Source: Monocercomonoides exilis PA203
Taxonomy: Eukaryota; Protista; Preaxostyla
DNA: 64,000 nucleotides
NCBI GenBank assembly: GCA_001643675.2
Contig: LSRY02000006.1
Location: 186,001-250,000 of the forward strand
Direction: 5' to 3'
Notes under the pieces: generated by a model
What the model saw: only the letters and a program-made list of their open reading frames with translations
Told to the model about the DNA's origin: nothing
Database searches by the model: none
Part shown: positions 13,242 to 23,304 of the stretch, piece by piece
Position numbering within the stretch: the stretch's first letter is position 1
How the letters are laid out: each line of letters opens with the position of its first letter
Position numbers and translations under genes: made by a program

Positions 13242-13350
13242 GAGGATCACTTAGTCTAGTGGTATGATTGGGTAGAATTTGGTCTATCAAGCATTGATGA
13301 TTTATCGATGATCTTTCCAGGTCGAAGGTTCGATTCCTTCAGTGATTCTC
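13242..13350 (+). ncRNA. tRNA-like Pol III-type RNA, copy 1 (no canonical anticodon arm)
   Basis: A box TAGTCTAGTGG. B box GGTTCGATTCC lies inside a perfect T arm (GAAGG-TTCGATT-CCTTC). AGGTC variable loop, 10-bp terminal stem GAGGATCACT/AGTGATTCTC, and TTTTT at 13351-13355. A paralogue lies at 18989-19097. Confidence 0.85.
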
Positions 13351-13355
13351 TTTTT
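13351..13355 (+). terminator. Oligo-T RNA polymerase III terminator
   Basis: TTTTT immediately follows the terminal stem. The same run follows copy 2 (18984-18988, minus strand). Confidence 0.7.
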
Positions 13356-14023
13356 GAACTTTTATATGATCAATTTTTATTTCAATTTATTTTCCTTTTT
13401 TTTTTTCTAATTTGGAACAAAATAACTTCGCTTTGCTCATGCAATGAGTGAGTAATTCAAATTAAAAGGACAAAACATATGATTAGCTTTGGGGTAACTA
13501 TGTAATCGCATATTAAAATTTGATCTTTTCAGAAATTATCCATTGTTAGAAATAATTTCATTTATATGCAAACAAAAAATGTCTTGATTGCTATTTCGCG
13601 CATTTTTTGTGCATTTTTGACAAATAAACTTTTATTAGGTGTTTGAATATCCATTATTCACTATTCAGTTATTTTTCTTTTGTTTTTCTATTATTGATTG
13701 ATTATAATGTTGAAAACTATTGAAATATTACTAATAGCTCGTGTCTAAAATTGCTGCATACACATATACTATATTAGAAAATAAAAATATTGATTATTTC
13801 TTCTCTCGCTGTTTTTTTTTTTTTTTTTCCATTAATGACTTTCACGTATTTTTCATTTTAAAGAAAATGAATATTTTATTGTTAATATTTCTCTTTATTA
13901 TGACTTAAAAGATGAATGGTCGAAAAAACCAAAAAATTACATGTGTGAATTTTTTTGAAATCTTATTTTTTCTTTCAAAAATTTCGAACCGAAATTTTGA
14001 CATGAATATAAACGATTTCACAC

Positions 14024-15863
14024 ATGGGTGATTCTTTTTGAAAAGTCACAAATGTTTAATTTTCAAATACTTCAAAATTTTCATATTTTGCTAAATATAT
14101 TGTTAGCAAATATCAAATTTAACTTTAATAGAATCTATTCCTTGAAAATGTTATTTCAAACATTCTTGAGGAGATTTGTGAGCTGAAACAGAAATATGAG
14201 CAAAATATGAAATTTTTGATTTATTTGAAAATTAAACATTTGCGACTTTTCAAAAAGAATCACCCACATGAAAGAAAAATGGCTTATTTGAGGCATCTCC
14301 GTCTTAGAAAAAGCAAAAACATTTGTTTTTTTAAACAATTGTGATAGTTGTTGCATTTGATTTCAAAAGGTTTTCCCAATGACAAACAACATTTAATAAA
14401 AACAACACCTCGAAAAAAGTTATGATTTCAAAAATAATTGCCCACACGGAGTGAAAATATTTTGTTTCAGGCATTTTCATTGAAAAATTATGCACTTTTC
14501 ATTAACATTTTGAATTCAAAAAACACAATAAAAATGAGACCATTTTTTGACGTTCGTGAAATGCTCCAATTCCTTTTGTTTTTATTTCAATGAAGCCTGT
14601 TTTCGGATATGAAAATCAAAAAATTTTTTGAAATTTGTGAAAGTGATATTAAGTTACGAGTGAAACTATTTTTAGTGATTTAAGCAAAAAAAGCATGAAA
14701 GTCCGTATTTTCCCCCACACAGTGTATTATCATTATCTGTCTTAATCATATTTTTCGTTTTGCCAATTTTTTTCACCTCTTTTTCTTTCATTTTCCATCG
14801 TATGCAATCACAGGGCATAATATGTCTAAATTTTTTTGAAAAGTTCCTTTTGTTTAATTTTCAAATTAAATAAAAATTTCATATTTCAATCAAATTTTCG
14901 TTTCCACTCACCAACTTTCACCAGTTTGTAAAATTTCACATGGTCAAGATTTTGTTTTCATGACAACGAATTTTGGAAAGTGGGAACAAAAATTTGATAG
15001 AAATATGACATTTTTATTTTATTTGAAAATTAAACAAAAGGAACTTTTCAAAAAAATTTAGACATATTATGCCCTGTGATTGCATACGATGGAAAATGAA
15101 AGAAAAAGAGGTGAAAAAAATTGGCAAAACGAAAAATATGATTAAGACAGATAATGATAATACACTGTGTGGGGGAAAATACGGACTTTCATGCTTTTTT
15201 TGCTTAAATCACTAAAAATAGTTTCACTCGTAACTTAATATCACTTTCACAAATTTCAAAAAATTTTTTGATTTTCATATCCGAAAACAGGCTTCATTGA
15301 AATAAAAACAAAAGGAATTGGAGCATTTCACGAACGTCAAAAAATGGTCTCATTTTTATTGTGTTTTTTGAATTCAAAATGTTAATGAAAAGTGCATAAT
15401 TTTTCAATGAAAATGCCTGAAACAAAATATTTTCACTCCGTGTGGGCAATTATTTTTGAAATCATAACTTTTTTCGAGGTGTTGTTTTTATTAAATGTTG
15501 TTTGTCATTGGGAAAACCTTTTGAAATCAAATGCAACAACTATCACAATTGTTTAAAAAAACAAATGTTTTTGCTTTTTCTAAGACGGAGATGCCTCAAA
15601 TAAGCCATTTTTCTTTCATGTGGGTGATTCTTTTTGAAAAGTCGCAAATGTTTAATTTTCAAATAAATCAAAAATTTCATATTTTGCTCATATTTCTGTT
15701 TCAGCTCACAAATCTCCTCAAGAATGTTTGAAATAACTTTATCAAGAAATTGATACCTTTAAAGTGAAGTTGGATACTTGTTAACAAAATATTTTGCAAA
15801 ATATGAAAATTTTGAAGTATTTGAAAATTAAACATTTGTGACTTTTCAAAAATAATCACCCAT
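14024..15863. repeat. Nested AT-rich palindrome / foldback-like element, centre 14943.5
   Basis: Arms 14150-14866 and 15021-15737 appear to be exact reverse complements (the identical ORFs 14156..14356- and 15531..15731+ reflect this). Imperfect extensions run outwards to 14024/15863 and inwards to 14908/14979, leaving a spacer of about 70 nt. Confidence 0.95.
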
Positions 15864-16682
15864 ATATATGATCACATTTAGTTTTATAATGATTTTTTAT
15901 TAGTGAAAAGTCGATTTTTTGATCAAAAATTTCAATTTTTTAGCTTTTTCAAATATATGTTTAAATAAGTCCAAATAATGTGTATTTATGATCAAAATTG
16001 TTCAAGCAAGTGAAAAAAGTGAATTTGTGTAGAATTTCCAAAAATGAAAAAATCGACCCAAAATTAATTGATTAGTTAATTAATTTTTATTTTTTCCTGT
16101 GTAAAGCATCATCGCGTATTATCACAATCGGATATAGTCACAAAAAGTTGTGCAAAAACCGATGTGATTATATCCGATTTTGACTGTATTTTGACACATG
16201 AAAACAAAAGTGAAAAAAGCTCATTTTTTCAACTGAATGATAATCAACGTGTATTTTTTAAAAAATAATTTCTGCCTATGAACTACACAAATCTTAATAA
16301 TGAACAAAAACTTCGTGTTGAAAAATTATTGTGGCTTTTTGTTTATTGAAAAAATGTTAAAAATTGAAGGTTAAAAACATTCTCATCGGGTTGAATATCA
16401 ATTTGTCGAATTCAAATACAAAGCACATTTTCTTTTTCAAAAAAGTTTGAAAATTCGAAATTATTCTTTAAAAAAATAAAAAGCAAATGCCAATATTCTT
16501 TTTTAATGGTTAAATATTTTTACAAACGCATTCATATTACACCGAAATTGCAAAAATAAAAACCACAAATAAATAAAAAAACGTAAACAAAAAATTTGAT
16601 CTTTAACTATTATTTGACTAACAATTTCCAATATTTACATAAAAGTTCAACAACAAAAAGCCGTATCCAAGAAGGAACCAAT

Positions 16683-18601
16683 CTAAAACACGATTGCTTT
16701 TTCAACTTCAATTATCTCGTCTTTTACTCTATCCGATTCGCGTAAATTATTTCCTTTCCCACTAAACTGGCCATCTTTCCCTCCTCCTTTTCCTTCAACA
16801 ATTGCACAAACCCGTTTCCCCATAATAGCCACCCAGTCTTTTGCCTTTGGCGATGAGTCAGTTGTTGAAACGAAGAAATTCCCTGAATGTGGAAGTGCAG
16901 GATTTGATGGACAAAGCGGAGTATAAGTTATAATGTATCGCAAGTTTGTGGATTTTTCCTTTACAAAATGTTGAATCAAAGGGACAATTGTTGCTTAAAA
17001 ACAAAACACATCGCATCGCAGAAATAAAAAAAAACATGACAATTAAAAAATAATAAATGCATTGTGCAAACATGGAACACGATCCAAATGAAGATGTACA
17101 GGCATAAGGTGAACATCTTTCTCTTCAATGCTTTCCTTTGCGTTTTGCTCTTCATCGTGGTTCTGTTCTTTTTCAATACAATTGCTCAGATGAGATCTGT
17201 TAGAAGCTTCATTTATCATCCGCTCAGCAAGCACTTCAGCATACTCCTCCTCAATCCGTTTTTTTTCTTTTCTGGTATTCGATTCCTTCTCTTGCAACAA
17301 GGAAATTAGTTTTTCATGTTCTGGAGGAGGGCCAGATAAAAGTGATGTCAATGTGCGTTCTCGTTTAATCTAGAAAAAATAAAATGATAGAGAAAATAAG
17401 GTTAGAAAATAGCGAAAACAAAAAATAAAATGACAATAAAAAAAAAAAAACGCAAACCATAAATGTGACTTCTTGATTCAATCTCTCTCCGCTGAGAAAC
17501 CATAATCGTTGAACTCCACTCTTTACATGATCAATCTCTTTAGTGTTTTTAAAAGTAATTCAATGAAAGAAAAAGAAAAAACATAAAAAAATATTTAAAA
17601 ATAAAAAAGAAAACACAAACTTATAAATTTTATCATTCTGAGTTGCGACAAGCTTGAAACATGTGTTCCGCAGCAAGTTGATGCATCAATCTTATTTTAA
17701 TTGAATATGTTTAAAATAATAAAATTTTATGAAAATCATTCATAATTGTTCAGAAAAGCAATGCTTTCAAACATCTTTAATTTCTACAATTTGTACATCA
17801 GATACGCCATCTGGAATTCCCCGAGATCTAATTGTAAATTCAAGTGACGATGGATCATTATACTGAGCTCGCGTGATTTTGTGAATAATGACGGGATTAT
17901 TATTTAGAATTGCTTTGTTGCACAAATCGTCAAGCATCGAGATGGTTGAATCTAATTGCATCGATAAATCTGAAGAGGCTACTCGTGAGGAGGATGGACA
18001 ATCTGGACAAGTGGAGGAAGACGCAGATAATGATGATACCACCAACTTTTCTGAAGAATTATTGATTTCTTGAGATGAATTCTCAGAATTCTGCGAAGAT
18101 TTTTCATTTTCATGTAAAGTTTTTGGCTTTATTAATGATAAATCAACAGAACACGGACCGGCTTCTGTCATTTGCCAGGAAACTGTTTGGAGATTAAAAT
18201 GATCCATTGAAATAGCAGAAATAAGATGCTGTGCTGAATGCTGTTGACTATGATCAAATCTTATTTTTCCGTTCACTACGCCTATGACAACTTTCCCTTC
18301 CTCCCACTTCGATGGAAGTCGAAGAAGATGCTCAATATTTCCATCAACCCTTTTCTTTATTGCTTCAACTGCAATTCCATCAAGCTGTATTAAAATTTAA
18401 ATCATTAAGCTATTATTCTCAGTGAGCTCATACTGTTCCCTTATCTTCGAGTTGTCCACCATCTTCTGGGCGAAAAAGCGTTTTCAATAAAACAACACTA
18501 AAGACTTCTCCAAGTTCTGCGCTGGATCCTTTTGTCTTCTTTTTACCATTCTCAACTTTGATGCAACTAACAACAGTTGATGTGAAGCTCAAGTCTTCCA
18601 T
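16683..18601 (-). CDS. AlaX/AARSD1-like free-standing alanyl-tRNA editing protein with C-terminal DHHA1-like domain. Six exons, approximately 18601-18434, 18384-17773, 17690-17621, ~17537-17458, ~17369-17072, ~16994-16683
   Basis: Motifs TLFRPEDGGQLEDKGT, HSAQH (HxxxH zinc ligands), IDASTCCGTHV (CxxxH), GVQRLWFLSG and C-terminal GKGGGK...FSGKG. All introns are GT-AG with compatible phases. No aminoacylation domain. The start codon is uncertain. Confidence 0.88.
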
Positions 18602-18988
18602 TTTTCCTTGTTTTTGCAAAATTAAAAAAAAAATTCTGTATCAAAAATTTCTAAATTATTCATTCAATAATTTTTTAATGTGAACAACAATTCTTTTCAT
18701 GGTACTTATCTGAATGATTGATAAACAAATATTTCAATGCATGGATTCTTTATATTTTGAATATTTCTAATAATAAGATTTCGATAAGTCAAATGAAAAC
18801 AATCAGAAAAGATTTTTCCATTCAAAAATCAAATTTGTATGCAAAGCGTTTTGTTCACAAAAATTGCAGAAACAAATCAATTTAAAAATAATCGCTTTTG
18901 GAGCAAACAGAAATTAAATTATTGTTTTTCATGAAATGTTCATTGGTTGAAAAATTATTTTCTTTCAAAAAAAAAAAAAAATCAAAAA

Positions 18989-19097
18989 GAGGGTCGCTGA
19001 AGGAATCGAACCTTCGACCTGGAAAGATCATCGATAAATCATCAATGAAGAGTAGACCATCTTCCACCCAATCATACCACTAGACTAAGTGACCCTC
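18989..19097 (-). ncRNA. tRNA-like Pol III-type RNA, copy 2
   Basis: The reverse complement reads GAGGGTCACTTAGTCTAGTGGTATGATTGGGTGGAAGATGGTCTACTCTTCATTGATGATTTATCGATGATCTTTCCAGGTCGAAGGTTCGATTCCTTCAGCGACCCTC, then TTTTT. It is 97/109 identical to copy 1 with no gaps. Confidence 0.85.
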
Positions 19098-19200
19098 AAA
19101 ACACGCAAATTTTTATTTTGATCTGCATTTTGTTCGCAATCAATATGAAAGAGTATGAAAAATTTGATTCAATTACATCATGGGTAATATTTTGGAAATT
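19098..19200 (-). promoter_or_regulatory. Putative external promoter blocks of tRNA-like RNA copy 2
   Basis: Gapless counterpart of 13139-13241, with the same two conserved blocks. Confidence 0.55.
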
Positions 19201-19375
19201 CGTAAATTCTACTATAACCTCGCTGTCGACATTCAAAATTGAGCATAAACACATAATTTTGAGTGATTCTGAAAGCAGTCACAATCGGATATTTCAGAAC
19301 ATAAACGAGATAAGGAAAAAGCGAAAGTCTTCCGTAATTAACTTTTCTTCAATAATATAGTGAAAAATCCACTTT

Positions 19376-22300
19376 TCATTCTTCGAATATTTTTGAATTT
19401 GGATATTGTTCTCGAGCTCTTCGAAGTTGTTTTTGAAAAGCAGATGGAAGCGAATCATGCTCATATATGCATTTGATAACCAGTGCGACGTTCTGACAAA
19501 CTGCTTCGCTGTACCCGACTGACTGTGTTATCAGCCGAGTGAGTGAGTCCATAATGTTCAACCCTCTGCACCGCTCTTTCTGGGAGTCATTCATCGACGC
19601 CACTGACCCAACAAGCGTCGCTGTGAGGTGCACTCTGATCTCCTCCAAATCTTTGTCGCCTCTGAAGGCGTTTCCTCTGTGGTCGTCTGACGACCGAACA
19701 ACCGGCCACAACTCTTCGGTCGAGTCCAAGTAGAACATCAGCACCTCATCCAGAATCACCAGGCCGTCGCCTGCCAAGAAATGCGCATGGAACGGAGGCG
19801 TGGATACCAGCTGTGCCAGAGCTCCCGTTCCGTACCGCACAATCACAGGGTGCGTGCGATGGTGCGCATCAAGCGCCTTCAGAATAGAACTCACTGCATT
19901 CAGCCCGCCAATCACTTTTCTGTTCTTTGGAATGAAGCTGAGCCCAAACACGGCTCCCAGCAGCTGCTGCGTGAAGTCCGGGTTCGTCTCACAATAGGAA
20001 CTCAACAGAAATCCTAGCAGTGGAACAACATCGCTGGTCTCGAGATCGACTCTTGTCTGCTTGTGATGTAGGCACATGGATGCCAGCACACCCACTGCAG
20101 AGGTTAGTGTGTCCAATGGAAACTTCTTGTAGTCTGTGATGATGCCTGCGACCACAGCAAGCACATTCACCTTGTACAGCAGAGGCAGATAGTCCATCGT
20201 CTGGCTCGCGTAGAAGTGGAGGATGCTGCAGCTGCGTGTGACGACAGCCTCATCCACGTCGTGGTGGATGTCCACCAGCCGCACAAGTAGCGGAATCGCC
20301 GTGATGGCCTCCCGCCCAACCGCCAAGCGCCCGTCGAGCGTGTCCAGGCAGTTGCACAGGATGCTCAGTGCATTCCTCACAATCACATAGAACCCGTCTT
20401 TGTAGTCGCTGGCGATGCGAAAGAGATCAGGAACAGCACTCCGCACCACCAGCGTCTTGCATACCGTCGAATGATTAGTCAGATGGACCAGCGCACCAGT
20501 TGTGAGGCGGATGAGATCGTCGTCTTCAAAGGGGTACTTCCGCAGCTGGCTGATTAGCACTTTCTCTCCCCTCACCTTCAGAATGTGCTGCAGATCTGCC
20601 TCTGACGTCGACAGCTGGTAGAGAAATCCAGTCAGATACCTCACAGTGAAGATGTCAATATGCGCCATGGACTCCATCCGCTGCACCACAGAGTCCATAA
20701 TGTCCTGCTCCAGGATGATCGCCCGGCACTGCGGCGTCGACGAGAGAAAGCAGATCATCTCTGAGAAGCCCAGCACGATGCTCAGCCCTTTCAACTCCTT
20801 CGTGAAGTACGGTGCAAGTGCTGTGATCACCCCGTGCTTGATGAATGCCTCGTGGTTCTCCTTCATCCGCGACAGCATCGCCAATGTGTTCATCAGCTCC
20901 TGCAGTTTCCCTTCGCTTTTGTTCAGTAGCTGATTCAGCAGAAGATAAATGAGCTCTTCATCAGCCATGATCCGCACTTTGCACACAGCTGAGCGGTTGA
21001 AAAACAGCATCATCAGTCGCATATTCGCATTAATAATCGCCTTTTCTTCGCCTGCCTTCAGCGCATTCTTGAGCCGATCAACCACACTTCTGATGATATC
21101 ATCCACAGCTTTTAGTCCTTTCGTCTTCGACGCGTTTGTCAAATACCCAAGCGGATCCTTATGCCTCGCTGCGAGTATCTTTCGTGTTGTTGGCTCAGCT
21201 CCTTTCATCAGGTCGACCTCCACAAGATTCGCAGCCACAAGCATCGGCTTCTCCTTCAGCTCTTCTGCCTTCTCGTCCATCAGATCACGCAGCTCGTGGA
21301 AGAGGCCAGCCACCGCGTCTGTCTGCGCTCTGTTCTTCGCCGTCTCACTCAGATTAACCTGATTCGCATCTGTTATCAGCGCCTTCTCACCAGCTTCTTC
21401 AGCAGCGAAAAAGGGCTGCAAGTCAATCAGCGCTGCATCAAGTGCTTCGTAGTCGCCTTCTCCTTTCGTCTGCACATCAATATCAAGCACACCAAACTCA
21501 TCGTCTTCCTCGTGTTTGACTGGCATGTACCCTTCTTGTTCTTCTGCCTGCCCTTCCTTCGCCTGCGACTGCTGGATCGTCTTTTGAGTTTGCTGCGCAT
21601 CTTTGTCTTTGTTTTCGTTCTCTTGTGCGTCTTGCTGTTCTTTGGCTCCTCTTTCTTTTTCGGCTGTATCTCCTTCTTTGCCTTCTCCTTTTTGCTCGTC
21701 TTCTTTTCCTCCTTGTTTTTCATTTTCAGTCTGCCCTTTTGCTTCATCCCCTTCCAACTTCTCTTTAGTCTCTTCAACTTTTCCTCTCTTTTTCTCTTCC
21801 TCCTCTTTATGCTGCTCCATCCGTTCAAAATTTGTCGGAACAAAGTCTGCCTCCACTTCAATCTCCAACTCATTCGCTGTGATTGGATCTTCTCTTGCTC
21901 TCTTCGCTGCAGCTGCCGCTTCTTCCTCTGCCTTCTGCCTCCGCTTGTGCTCATCAACAACTGACAGGCCCTGGTTGCGGCCCTTTCCCATCTTCTCCAG
22001 CCAATCTCTCCTCTGTTTGTCGAGTGCCTCTATCACATCAATCAACACATCCTCCACAATGATGTACCCTTCCTCGTCTTCAACACCCCGAAGCCACTGC
22101 TCCAGAAGAAGCAGCTGTTTCCCAACTTCACTCAGAGGCTGGAACTCCTTCTTTTTCTTCGGCTTCTTTCGCTTTCGCAATCGAACTGGATTTCCTTCTG
22201 GATGCTGTGCGTACGGAAGAATCTCCCATTTTTTCACTTTTCTTTTCTCGCGAATTTTCTTTCTCCATTTCTTTGCTTCTTTATTTGGCTTTGGCAGTAT

Positions 22301-23145
22301 GGCAGCAACAGCAACTGCGCCTCTACCCGATGGATCTTCTTCTGCTCCTTTTTCGCCCGCTTCACATGGAACCCATTTCTCCACTTCTTCTTCCACAATC
22401 ACTTCCACAGCTGCCATCTGTTCGTCTCCTGCTTCATCAGCATTAATCCATTCCGACTTTGATGGATTTGAAGATAAAGGTCCAAACGATCCTGCTCCAA
22501 GCGCTTCATCTTCCAATTCTTCTAATGTCACCCATTTGTATTCCCAATCTTCTTCTCCGCTAACTTCACTTTGAAGTTTTATTCTGCTGAAATGATCATC
22601 AGTTCCGTCAAGTTCTCCCTTTTCAAGGTTAATTCTTTCACCTTCTTCAGCTAATTGCTCATTCACATCTGTGATTTGACATCTTAAATCCAAAAATATT
22701 CGTTGAACATATCCGATATCATACAGCCTATTTGGAGAAAATGTTATTGAAGGGGTGTCTTGCTTTTTTGATGATTGTTCACCAAGTTTCTTTGCTAATA
22801 ATTGTTGTCTCTGCGCTTCATTTTTCTGACTAATTTCATGTAATTGCATGTATCTATTTCTTAGTGCTTCAACAGTAAAAGCAGAAAAATCTTGCTGTCT
22901 CATAACATAGCGCCTCCAGTCATCAATATCAAATTTCTCTCCATTTTCATCCAACATTGCTATACTTATTTTTCTGAATATACGAGGATTACCGATGCGA
23001 ATTTCATCAAAATTGCGCGAATGAAATTCTATAAATTGCTGAGGAAACTGCTCTGATTCTTGTATTTGTTTCCCATCTATAAAATTAGCAGAAATAAAGC
23101 GTAATTTAAATTAAATTTCAAATTACAATAAATACCATCAATCAT
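19376..23145 (-). CDS. Armadillo/HEAT-repeat protein with charged, coiled-coil N-terminal half. Probable 10-nt first exon 23145-23136 and second exon 23076-19376
   Basis: The C-terminal ~550 aa are Leu-rich helical repeats (e.g. AIPLLVRLV, TGALVHLT, NALSILCN) typical of ARM folds. The frame stays open upstream of the 22957 ATG to an AG acceptor at 23077. A 59-nt GT-AG intron yields MIDDGKQIQE.... Confidence 0.8.
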
Positions 23146-23304
23146 GCGTCAAAATTCATAAAACAAAAATGATAGATCATGGGCTACATTATTAAATTTC
23201 AATTAACACAGCAACCATTAACAAATTATTTAAGCAAATAATTAAGCAAACGCTGATTGTTGTGCGACAACGGGAATACATATTTTAAAACATTTCTTAC
23301 CATC

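Noticed and set aside
13294-13311. C/D-box snoRNA signal (TGATGA) within the tRNA-like RNA
   Set aside because: No CTGA D box is present, and the TGATGA lies within hairpin 2.
13243-13349. G3:U70 alanine identity pair linking the RNA to AlaX
   Set aside because: A G-U pair exists only in copy 1 and not at the position-3 equivalent. Copy 2 has G-C there.
13242-13350. Canonical or intron-containing tRNA-Pro (TGG in AATTTGGTC), or tRNA-Sec
   Set aside because: The 5-bp anticodon stem GGGTA/TTTCC pairs poorly and there is no U33 at the expected position. The TTTGG context is not conserved in copy 2 (AGATGG), and there is no TCA anticodon loop.
14156-15731. Identical 66-aa ORFs 14156..14356(-) and 15531..15731(+) as genes
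   Set aside because: They are a by-product of the palindrome, with AT-rich non-coding composition and no domain.
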